A stretch of 64,000 bases of DNA from positions 31,682,001 through 31,746,000 of the forward strand of contig CM114271.1 of the NCBI GenBank assembly GCA_050084515.1, given 5' to 3'. The translations under genes were made by a program, and so were the position numbers. The notes below the pieces were generated by a model, which searched no databases, was not told the origin of the DNA, and was given only the letters and a program-made list of their open reading frames with translations. The first letter of the stretch is position 1. Each line of letters starts with the position of its first letter. Below are positions 39,420 to 50,773 of the stretch, piece after piece. This DNA comes from Blasia pusilla. Its lineage: Eukaryota.

Positions 39420-40600
39420 ATATATGCAATAAGAAACTCTAATCTTTTGCGATGAGAGGGATTCAGAGCTAATGCCTACTTTCGAATCATTTCCAAATAA
39501 GTAAATCTCACGTTCACTTCGGCATTCCCAACAAAGAGGTTGTATGTCACATAGTTCAAATTCTTCACAATCATTCCTAGGGCATAGATTTCAGTGGCCT
39601 TGCTAAAAGGGAGATTCTAAGGCCCTAATGTCAACTTGGATACTATATACCCAACATTATTTTTTTATTCATGCTGCCACATTCTATGAGAAGACTCTAA
39701 GATTTCATCAGCCCACATGGCATTTCCCCAATCTCCAACACCGATGTATGGGCTAGAGTTGGATCCAAAATGGATGGACACGTTCCTAGGATGGTCAGTA
39801 TGAAAAACCCCACGCTTGTGGACAGTCTCCGTGGTACCAAGATGGGCAACCACAAGCTGGATGGCATTTGATGCTATTGCGAGACATATCATCTTTTCCA
39901 ACTCTCCTAGATTACCCCCGCCGTTCTTCAAGTTATGGCATGCTTGCTACCAATTTTTGAGGTGCCCACTATTCCAATATGAAAAATTGGGAAACAGTGG
40001 ATCCTCGATCAACCTTCCCACCATGCGAAAAACACCGCGATGTAAAATACTCGCCAAAAAACTCCTCGTGCATCATCGATTTTCTAGATCATGATAGAGA
40101 TATTCCTTATACACCTTCATGCAATAGTATATTTCTTCCCTAAAGCCATGGGTTCCGTTTATTTTACAACGGTACAGAATTGCGTGTAAACCGGTTCCCT
40201 CGATATCGCTCGGGTCATATCCTACTGCTACAATCTTATCAGAAATCAATGTTATTGCAAATGGAACTATCAATGTCAGCCTTAGAGAAGTACAACGTCC
40301 CTTGAAAAGACGTTGAGCACTTCTTAACTCTTCACAGAATCTTTCTATGAGAGCCCACTCTACAACATTCTGCTTCTCATCCTTATATGTCTTAAGATCG
40401 ACATATGCTCTCTCCAGGTTAACACCTTTTTGGGCACAAATTTTAGTTAACCTATTAGCCTCTATGGCATCCACTTCCTAGTCAAATGCCTTGGCCACTC
40501 TATTGGACAATCTCTGCAATTCCAAGGTGTAGTCATGAAAACCATCCATACCCCTTGAAATGTAGGATCGTCTCTTATCTAAAGAAAGCTGGAAAAACCA
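39420..40600 (-). pseudogene. Protein-kinase-like gene, apparently intronless, degenerate
   Basis: Subdomains appear in order: Gly loop EGTGLHAILYRC, VAIK-like YCMKVYK, hinge-like FSYWNSGHL, catalytic loop VHKRGVFHTDHPRNVSIHF, DFG-equivalent IGVGDWG, and subdomain IX-like FSKATEIYALG. Confidence 0.7.
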
Positions 40601-41299
40601 ATCTAATCATGCCTCTCTTACGGCCACGTCGAAATCAATCCTCAAATTTGCTCTTTGCCTCTTGGCACCAAGGTTGGACTCGTTTTGGTTCTCTCCCGCT
40701 CTTGATGACCCAGCCCCACTAGACATTTCCCTCGGATGAAGAAGATAATAAAATCTTTAAAAAATATAAGGGAAGAAATGTAGGGGTTGAGATAAGTAAA
40801 TATCGAAAAGATAATGACGCGAGATGCTAAAACAATGGTTCAAAATCTACGGGCGCGTGAATGATGGAATGGCAGTCTAAGTATAGGGTTGGGCACTCAA
40901 AGGAAATAGGTAGATATGGGTGTGTTTAGATAAGGTTTCTTGATCACCTCCACATCCCCAATGTGCTAAGGAGAACCAATGAAACAAATCAAAATAGTCC
41001 GGTGCATAAATGAGAAATCTCACAATCACCAAACAAGTTTAGTGAAACAAGAGATTTCCACACTTACAAACACTCACCTAATGTGGAGTCAATTGGAGTT
41101 GCATTAGGATGCAACAAGGAGCGCAAATGTCCAAGTTGGTCCCAAAGAAAATCCAAGTACCCCCAAAAGGAACCCCACGGATTTTCCCAAAATTCCTAGT
41201 AACCTTAAAAGCCCTTAGCTATCAATGCACCATAAAAATTTGGAGTCTAATCTAAAATATCACTTTAAAACTGGATAAATAGGGGAAAATAGTGATAAT

Positions 41300-42042
41300 T
41301 AGGTAATTAATCCCTAAACCCCCCCTCCATATGTACATTTTTGGGGCCCCTTGTGGGCCTTTCCCTTATGGGTTTTACCCAAAAGGGAGAAAAGGGGAGG
41401 GAAGGGGAGTGCAGCCAAGTTCAAACTTGGCCCCAACCACTCCCAGATCGTCACGTATTCCCGCGGGGTTCGCGGGATGCGGGCTCCATACGGGCTCCAC
41501 GCGGGCGCCAACGATTGGGCCGTTGACGGTGAGACCAACGGTGGGCTTCCATGCCAGCTTCGGTAGGCGGTGCCATATGACGCAGGCTCAAGGCTGATTG
41601 GGCTAGGGCTAGGCCGGGAAGGTGGAGGCTCCAAGCGGGCAGGTGCGGGCTAGGGCGGGCAGGCGCGGGGTAGGGCGGGCAAGCGTGGGCTCAAGGCATT
41701 CAAGTGCGGGCTCCACGCAAGCAGGTGCGGGCTCAAGGCATTCAGGTGCCCGCTCCAGGCAGGCAGGCGCGGGCTCAAGGCTGATTGGGCGTGGGCTCTG
41801 GACAGGCAAGTGCAACCTCCAAGTGGGGAGACGCAGGCTCTAGGCGGGCAAGGCGCCGGCTTGAGGGCCCGCAAAAATTTGGTCCGTTGGACCAAAAGAT
41901 GTTGTGCCGAACCAAAATTTGCGGGCCACGCAATGGGTGCAGGCTTGAATGCCGGCCTCGGATACGCGGGCCTGTACGGACATGTCTGTCCATAAGATGG
42001 ACATAAGTCCGCGGACACGGACATTGTCAATGTGCAACCTTG
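41300..42042. mobile_element. Terminal region of a longer hAT-related element (GC-rich subterminal repeats plus TIR)
   Basis: Ends ggacataagtccgcggacacggacattgtcaatgTGCAACCTTG, matching the MITE end at 7670-7717. Repeated gcgggctcaagg units occupy 41580-41800. The partner end was not found. Confidence 0.6.
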
Positions 42043-42440
42043 TGTATGGCTGAGGGTTTAGGATGTAGGGCAAATGGCTTAGATTTAGGGCTTAAGGTGT
42101 ATGGATTAGACTTATGTTTAAGGCTTAGGGCGTATCGCTTAGGGTGGAGGATGTATGGCTTAGGATCCATGGCTTACCCATGAGGGTGTAGGGTGTATAA
42201 CTTAGGGTCTAAGATGCATGCACTATAGGGTTTATGGCATAAAGCTTAGGGTTTAGGGCTTATCCCTTAGGATGCAGGGCGTATGGCTTTGGTTGAGGAG
42301 CTAGAGGCTTAGGGATTATCGTTTAGGGCATATGACTAAGGACTTAGGGTTTAACATGATTTATGGCCAATGAATTAATAGGGCATAGCTTAAGGGTTTA
42401 TGGTTTATGATTTACGGTTTATGGCTTAGGATTTAGGATG
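42043..42440 (+). repeat. Degenerate interstitial telomere-like (TTTAGGG-derived) tract
   Basis: Run of ~7-nt units such as tttaggg, cttaggg, tttatgg, tgtaggg and tttagga. Confidence 0.7.
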
Positions 42441-44374
42441 TCATGGTAGATGAGGGGTAGGGTGAGATAGTATCAAGGCCTTAGTAGGGACTTGTATTTC
42501 CCTATTTTGAGAGGTCATATGTGACCTGCTTTTAGGAGGTGACTTACGAGTATAGGTCACCCATCCTTTATGAGGAGTGGCAACCTTGGAGAAGTTGACC
42601 CTCCTAGCCATGTATGGCTCCACTTGCGCCTAGACGGTCGAGGGTTAGCTTGTAGTTAGTCTCATGAGGGGACCACATGTGTAGTTGTTAGGGAGTTAGT
42701 ACTTTCTGTACTACAGGTTGTTAGTGACCTTCTGAGAGGTGGTGACTTGTGTATACACATCACCCATGGAGGTAAGCGGGGGGGTATACCTCGGAGGAAG
42801 CTCATTTGGAGCTAATCTTCCTTAGGATCGGACCTGTGTTGGGATCTGTGATATAGTGCAACTTGCATGTATTGAGCCTGGATTCTCTCTTGAAGAGTGG
42901 GCTAGGATTGATCGGAGATCACACACATTTTGGGAGTCCTTTGTACACTTTCTCCAGCTATTATAACACTGTGTATTTGATTCATGGATATAGTTTTTTA
43001 GATGCCGCATGGTTGATTGCAGATTTCATTAGAGTTTACAGTTCATATTCAACTTTATATGATAAGGAAGGTGCACACTAATTCTCAATATCAGAGAAAA
43101 TGGGACTCAATTTATGGTGTAGAGCGCAAGTGAGATGCCGTGGGTTTGAATGAATTGCAAAGTGTATCTTGACCATGTGGGAGGACATAGGGTAGAAGAA
43201 TTGTTGAAATCGAAGTCAGATGTTTAGAATTGAGAAATTTGTGAAGTGTAGCAAATTTGATAGGATTTGACGACGGGGAGGCTTCTCAATATTGGTGGAG
43301 TTGCTCAAGAGTGGATCAATGGAGGATCATATTGTAGGGACAGATTTCCTAAGATGATTCTAGTGAGGAAATTATTATCAATCGTGATCTGATTGAGTGT
43401 GGACAAGACAGCAAGTGCATGGGCACTTTGTTGCTTATATTGAGTGAGGTGTGCTTGATTATGGACCAAATCGGATGAATGTTGGGCAAGAGGAAAATAA
43501 AGCAAGAAGAAAAAGTAAGGAGGGCACAATGGTGTTCAATTGTGTAGGATTTTATGAGATCTGAATTTGCCATTGGAACGATCGCAAAGTTTTTTTATGT
43601 TTGAGAAATGTTGGATTTGATATTTTTGTGGATTGTGCTTAGAGTGTACTTAACACTGTTGAATTATGAGTAGGATAGTGGGAGGGAGTAGGCTAGGGGG
43701 ATGACAGATTAGCTGATTGAGCTTCTTGCTCAATTAGGGGTTCAATTCCCCTTTGTCATAGTGTAAGGACAACATGTTGGATGTTAACTTAACTTGGTAC
43801 TTTTCTTTTCTTTCAAGGCCTTATTTATTTCAAGTGATTGCTTTACTTAAATAATTTTAGAGGTACTAAAAATGAAAAATGACTCCTTTAAAGGACATAA
43901 GGGTGAGAATGTTTTTTTTCACTTATAAGTTAGGAGGTCTAGACCTTAAAACGTCGTAGGTGATGTAGAGCCTTTCATATAGTGATTCCCCCCCTCCCCC
44001 GAGTCTAAAACAAGGACTCCTAAAGGTAAAATCCCTCGGACTTGCACAATTGTGTGTCATGTTGTCACGTCCAATGTCGTCGACGCTGTTTGTTGTAGGT
44101 AGACAGAATTGTCAGGATGGAATCGCCAAATCCCTGGTTGATAGCCTCCTCCCGACGTAGTTGCGTATCTTAAAGTATCGCGATGCTGAGCAATAGCCAA
44201 GTTCTCAAACACCATAGGCATGACTCTTCGAAAGAGCTCAGCTCGTTGAGAACACGCTTGCACCCATACGTCTGGATCATTGTGGTCAAGTTCCTCAACC
44301 ACATCTCGTCGAATAGACAACGGTAACTTAGGCTCTCTCCCATAGAGCAAGAAATATGGTGAAAATAATGCTAA

Positions 44375-47300
44375 GTCCACAACTTGACCTAACACCTGTC
44401 TGTAGGATGCCTCTGCCATCATACGCACCGTCGTCGTAAATGTAGAGAACCCCATAGCTCTCTCTCGCTTGTCAACGTTGGGCTCCACTAGTGTACTTTC
44501 CTGCTCATCCCATATCATGCCCGGTCCTCCCTGACGAAAAGCATGAGATGACGGAAAACTCACCAATGTGGCCAATGCTGCCCTCTGTTGACCCTCCTGA
44601 TTGGCCACTGCCACCGGTGGTAGATGGTCGCGAGTAACAACTTGAGATCGCTGCCCTGGATCCAAGATTATATCCACTATAAGTAGTGATGGTCTCTCGA
44701 CTCCATTATAAGCCCGCCTTAGCAACTCGGAAGGTAAAAGGTGTAGAAAACTGCTAAAGAAGCATAACTGGTGGGAAACGGCTCTCACACTTACACACCA
44801 CCATGGAGAACGAAATTTTGCAATAAGAGAAAATGAGTGGAGGCTGGTCTCCTTCTCAATTATATAGGGTATGTACAAGCAACCCTAACCCTAATCTTAA
44901 CCATAATCTCAAGTTAGACTAATTGTGATTAACTAACCATGGTTAAGATAATCACGCTTAAGTGACTAACCAAGATTAACCTTTCTTACTTCGTATGAGT
45001 AGCAAATGTAGCAATTTAGGTATCTCATGAGCTTTAATGTAACTCAACCTTCAATACTTCCCCTCAAGCTCATATCGATATCTCTAACGCCCAAATTTTT
45101 TCTAAACATCTCAAACTTATCTCTAAACAATGCCTTTGTAAAGATGTCAGCAATTTTCTGATCTGTACCTATATGCACAAGATCAACATCTCGTGCAAGC
45201 ACTTTCTCTCTAATAAAATGATAGTGCATCTCAATATGCTTTGTACGAGCATGAAACACAGGGTTATTAGCAAGTTTGATGCTACTAATATTGTCTGCAT
45301 ATATTACACTAGGTTCTAAGTTACTAACATCAATCTCAACAAGTAATCAACGAAGCCACACTGCCTCTCATGTTGTATTGATTGCTCCTCTGTATTCAAC
45401 CTCTCTTGAAGATAAAGCAACTGTAGGTTGCTTCTTTGAAGCCCAACTTATAACTACGCTTCCCAAAGTAAATGAATAACCAGATGTGGAGTGTCGATCA
45501 GACATGCTTCATGCCCAATCAACATCTATGAATCCCTACAATTGTAAACTCAGAGAAGGTTCAAATTGAAGCCCAAATTGAACAAAGAATTTCACATACC
45601 GCATAATCCTCCTCATGGCATCAAGGAGAGATTTTCGAGATGCTTGCATAAATTGGCTCACTAGACCAACTGCACATCTCAAATCTGACTTGACTATAAT
45701 TAGATAGATCAAACTTCCAACCATGCGCCTCTACATATTAGAATCTGCAAGAAACTCTCCTTCATCCACTCTTAGCTTCACACTATGGTCCAACGTTGTA
45801 GAGATTGGCTTACAAGCCGTCATACGATATTTTGAAAGCATGTGAAGAGCATATTATCGTTGTAGTAATCACATGCTCTCTCCAACCTTGATAAACTTAA
45901 CACCAAGAAAGTACTTGAGTTCTCCCAAGTCCTTCATATCAAATTTTTCTTGTAATTTTAGCTTGACTTGTTGTACCATATCCTCAGTACTCCCAGTAAT
46001 CAAGAGGTCGTCAACATACAACACAATGATAACCGTATGATCTTGTCCTCTCAAGACATATAACAAAGAGTCAGAATCACATACCCAAAAACCCAACTCT
46101 CGTAAGACATATGTAATCTTGCCATACCAAGCTCTAGGAGCTTGTTTGAGCATGTATAGAGCTTTCTTCAACCTGCATACACAAAATGGAAACTCAAGAT
46201 GCTCATATCCAGGTGGTTGAGTCATATATACCTCCTCATATAGATCTCCATTCAAGAAGGCATTCTTGACGTCCATGTGATGTAAACTCCACTTCTTACT
46301 TACTGAACTTGAAGGGTAGTTATCATATATGCATGATGTGTCGCAAAGAAACCTTTATTTATGAATCTATGAACAGGATGTGTGACTCTACTTGATCTAC
46401 AAAGTTTTTGTTTAGAGGTAGATGCCTCTCACACCTTACTCGAGCTCTACAATGTTTGTTGGTTTACAATTATATTGTCCCCCTCAACAGACAAGTTTAG
46501 AGGTGGAATAGGTTCAAATGGAGCATACCGTGACTTTAGCTCATCAAAGACAACATCGCGACTAATAATAAGATGCCGAGAGGATGGAATGTAGCACTTA
46601 TACCCCTTAGTTCCATCAGCGTAGCCATTGAATATATATCTTTCATATTTGGGATCTAATTTTTGACATCTTTTAGAAGGAAGATGAGCATAACAAATAC
46701 AACCAATACTTTCAGGAAGGAAAAATCAGGTTTACTTCTTGTGAAGACTTCGAATGGAGTCTTATCATGAACTCATGCTGTTGGAGTTCGGTGGACTAAG
46801 AAGCCTATACACACTACAGCCTTTGCTCAATACACCTTAAGCATGTTCTTCTCATTCATCATAGCTCGTGCCGCCTCAGAAATATGTCGATTCTTCCTCT
46901 CAGCCACTCCATTTTGTCGTGGGATGTAACGGCAAGTCACTTGACGTTGGATGTCATTCTAATGTAAGTAGTCATCAAACTTTGTTGAAAGATATTCTCC
47001 TCCTCCATCACAACGCTATTTCAGAATGTGTTCTCTAGTCTGCTTCTCTACTAGAACTCTGGATCTTTGGAATACTGAGAATACCTCTGGCTTGGATTTC
47101 AGAAAGTATACCCATATATACCTAGAGAAGTCATCAATAAATGAAACAAGTACTGGCAACCACTAAGGCCATATTGTGATTCTGTCTAGAAATCATTGTG
47201 AATCAACTCCAATATCTTGGATGCAAGATATGTATGGTCAAATTGACCAATAAGTCACAAATGTGTGGCATAAGAGAATTGGACATATGAATCTTCAAAG

Positions 47301-50150
47301 ATTACAGAGTCTTTCATCATCTAATCTAGTAATAGGACTTCCTCAATTAGCAAGTCTTGCTACGTTAGAGGTATGTCCTGCTTGCCAATTTGGAAAACAA
47401 GCTAGATTTTCTTTTCCAAAGCAAGATAGAAGAGCATCCAAGATATTGGAGATCTGTGACTTGTTGGCAAGTTTGACCATACATTGTTGTCTGATACTAT
47501 TGGAACTTTGCTGGTAAGCATGATATGCTGTTGAATGTCATCTCCTGTGAGCACAATTACAAGATCTTTCACTGGCTCCATACTACTGAACCATTTAGCT
47601 TGTGAGGTTATGTGATTTGATGCACCAGAGTCAATATAACAATCTACTGTCGGGTCTGTCTTGACCATTGCTCTCATATGATGAGTCATGATCAAGAGAT
47701 GCTCAATTTGTGAATATTTTTGTTCTTGGTACAGCCCTTGGTGTTGTTGCTCCACATAGTTTTGTTGCAGTCAGGCTCATATTCTCATATCTGCCTTCTT
47801 CTTGAAATAAAACTTTGCATAGTGATCCTTTATCCCACAATAATTTCAAGATCTAGGGACCCTTTGTTGCTGACCTTGACCCCAATAATTTTCACCATCA
47901 CCAAAATTTTGGTGGTGATGGTGAAAATGGAGGAAGAGGCACTCAATATAGTATCACTCAATCAACTACGAATCAGTACCAAACACAATCACAAGGTCTT
48001 GATTCATAGTTGATTGAGTGATACTATATTGAGTGCCTCTTCCTCCATATGTTTGATATCCACCACAACCACGGAAGCTTCTACCACAACCTCTGCCTTT
48101 ATTTGATCCATAACCTGCAAATAGCGCACTCTCTTGTAGACTAGACGAGCTACCGCTACCTACTAGATGCATCTCTTCACTGATTAACAATGGGACTAAC
48201 TCTTGAAAGGTTTGATATTTCTTTCTCACATAGATAGAGGTCTCAAATGACTTGTAATCCTTTGGAAGGCCTTAAAAAGTAAACAAAATCAGATCATCAT
48301 CTTCACCTGTCACTCCAATGTTATTCAACTGATCAACAATATGTTTGATACTCGAAACATAATCATTGATGCTCTATGATCCTCTCCTCACTTCGTTCAA
48401 TTTTTATTTCAATTGAAGCTTTCTGGCCTTTGTAGATTTCTGGAAAAAAAATTCCAATACATCCCATGCCTCCTTTGGAATATCAACATCTTGAATGTAA
48501 CCTATCATTGGCAAACTGATCGTTATTGAAATGTAGTGGATTACTTGCGTTTGCGCGTTTGTTCCAGGCGCGAACATTCAAGTCTCCTGAGTCACCTTCC
48601 TCCTTAGCCTCATCTTTTGTGACAAGCTCCCATAGTTCTTAACCCATGAGAAATGATTTCATGCGAAACTTCCAAACATTGTAATTGTGCTTATCTAGCT
48701 TCTCGCTTGTGATTGTTGTTGAGGAATATTCCATGACGAATGATTTCACTCACAAAAAGGTAATTTCAAGCTCTCCACTGCTCCAATTGAAGCATAGACC
48801 ACTCCTACATAGAAATCGACCTAAAATTTGCCAAAATTGATCAATTGTATGAAAGAACTAGTCAAAATTGGCCTGTAGAGAGCAAACTGCACAACATTTA
48901 TCTCTAGCTACACTTTCCTACACTGAAATTGCTATTGCAAGAGCTCCGAATGTCAGAATCAAGCGATTTTGGATATGTTGGAAAGCTCTCAAGGATCTCT
49001 ACATGAAAATTAGAAAAAAAACCTTCAATATTGTTTTGACTGATGCGGACCTACATGGATAAATCGACTGGAAAAGCCCTAAAAATGCCTCCAAAGTTTT
49101 ATCACCGTCAAAGCTCACGTGAAATCTGCACCTACTGAGCTCTGAACGAAATTTCCTTCTCCCAAACTTAAATTTTTCCTTCTCTTGCCTCTCTTCTCTC
49201 CTCAAACACCAAGAATTTGAAGTGATGTTCTCCTATCGCTCTGATACCATGTAGAAAACTACTAAAGAAGCATAATTGGTGGGAAACCGCTCTCACAATC
49301 ACACACCACCATGGAGAACAAAATTTTGGAATGAGAGAAAATGATTGGAGGCTGATCCCCTTCTCAATTATATAGGATATGTACAAGCGAACATAACCCT
49401 TATCTTAACCATAGTCTCAAGTTAGACTAAATATACGTGATTAACTAACCCTAGTTAAGATAATCACGCTTAACTAACTAATAAAGATTAAGCTTACTTA
49501 CTTGTTGTGAGTAGCAAATGTAGCAGTTCCAGTATCTCATGAGCTTGAATGTAACTCAACCTTCAATAAAAGGTTTGTCCATCACAATCATGGACGGTAT
49601 GTGCGCGATCGAACACTTGCCGCATCCAACATCACGGCCGGTCCTATCCATGTCCACATTTGATGTACATTCGCCATCACTCAGGCTCGAGTGTCACCTA
49701 ACATTAGGATGTTCTCCAAGATATAGGCTGGAGAACATCTATGGGTAGTCTAAAAGAGTCGAAGAACTCGTAACATCTCCCAAACCATGGTCGGCCACGG
49801 GTCCTGCATACCAAGTTCTCGGAGAATGACTTTGACATGGCCACCCTGCCACCACCAAGTGTATCAGACCAACCCTATCCAAATCAGGCGCCCCTAATAA
49901 CGAAATGTCTGCCGAAAATATATATTGATATCTCCTAACTACAAACACTTGCAATAATTGAGGATACTGTTGGACGAGTCTTGACACATGACGTAATGAG
50001 ACTCTACGTGTAGTCTCATCCCTCTCAACATACAAGTAATGTTGTACTTATACTCCGGTCCGCAACACTGTAGTCAAAGTTGTACTAATCCCTCCAAAGA
50101 GATCTAGTATACGTACGTATACACCCTCCTCGGGATACTTCCACACAATT
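44375..50150 (-). pseudogene. C5 cytosine DNA methyltransferase domain of the gypsy element (interrupted by copia 44742-49568)
   Basis: Motif I ILDLFGGIS, motif II-like YLYVERD, motif IV AGWPCQ, motif VI YILENI, motif VIII RTYRP*L*WTNLL (continuing PSELLRRAY after removal of the copia), and motifs IX-X EPNVDKRERAMGFSTFTT...RQVLGQ. Confidence 0.8.
44742..49568 (-). mobile_element. Ty1/copia family B (degenerate, with internal inversions)
   Basis: Perfect TSD AAAGG. LTRs at 49250-49568 and 44742-45056; PBS tggtatcagagc at 49238-49249; PPT adjacent to 45057. Coding fragments: protease IDSGAS, RT MDVKNAFLNG...LYVDDL, RNase H FHARTKHIE. Confidence 0.93.
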
Positions 50151-50773
50151 GGTGTGGTGTCCAAGGGTATCAATGTCTCCACTCCTAGAGCATGTGGTAC
50201 CTCTGTCCCATCTTGCTCAAGAGCATAGGCTCAACTCCACGCCTACCTCATGATCTTGTTTGCTCTCCTATGTAAATCAATGCCCGTTCCGCACAAAGCT
50301 GAAGAAGTATCGCCAATAGCTGTAGCCAGGCTCGTCATCGCATGCCACTTGTTATGAATATCCTCTACAAGAGTATCCTCTGTATTGGCATTTCCCTCCA
50401 ATAAATCTCCAGGCCAACATAATATGCCACAATAAGCAAAACATGTGGTGGTCCACCCTCAAAGTGAACCATCAAGTCTTCTTGCATACTACACGGGTAG
50501 CTCAATGGCTCGTCCCTCACTTGATTGCCAAGCAGGTCGATAGGAGGCTCTCTCCTCCCAAAATTCAAGTGTGAACCCTAGAGGATACAATATGGTAGCT
50601 CCTACCAAAACATCATAAGACTCGTCCGATGTCACAACCGCTCGCGTCCGCACCATTGTACTATAAGTAGGATGATTGGGCAGAATCCTCACTACAATCT
50701 CATCGCGAATCATATGTAGTGTCATGGATGTGCCTTGCAATGAAGTCTAAATGTGGAATGGACATGGAGTGAT

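Noticed and set aside
23550-41300. Long TIRs and a 9-bp TSD for the MULE-like element
   Set aside because: Looked for by eye and not found; the element boundaries remain undefined.
41314-42073. Many overlapping Pro/Ala/Arg-rich ORFs
   Set aside because: An artefact of GC-rich subterminal repeats lacking stop codons.
42439-42968. Possible solo LTR (TG...CA)
   Set aside because: No matching TSD, PBS or second copy in the window.
43100-43700. Possible very old copia gag/integrase relic on the minus strand
   Set aside because: Only faint motif resemblance; too decayed to support.
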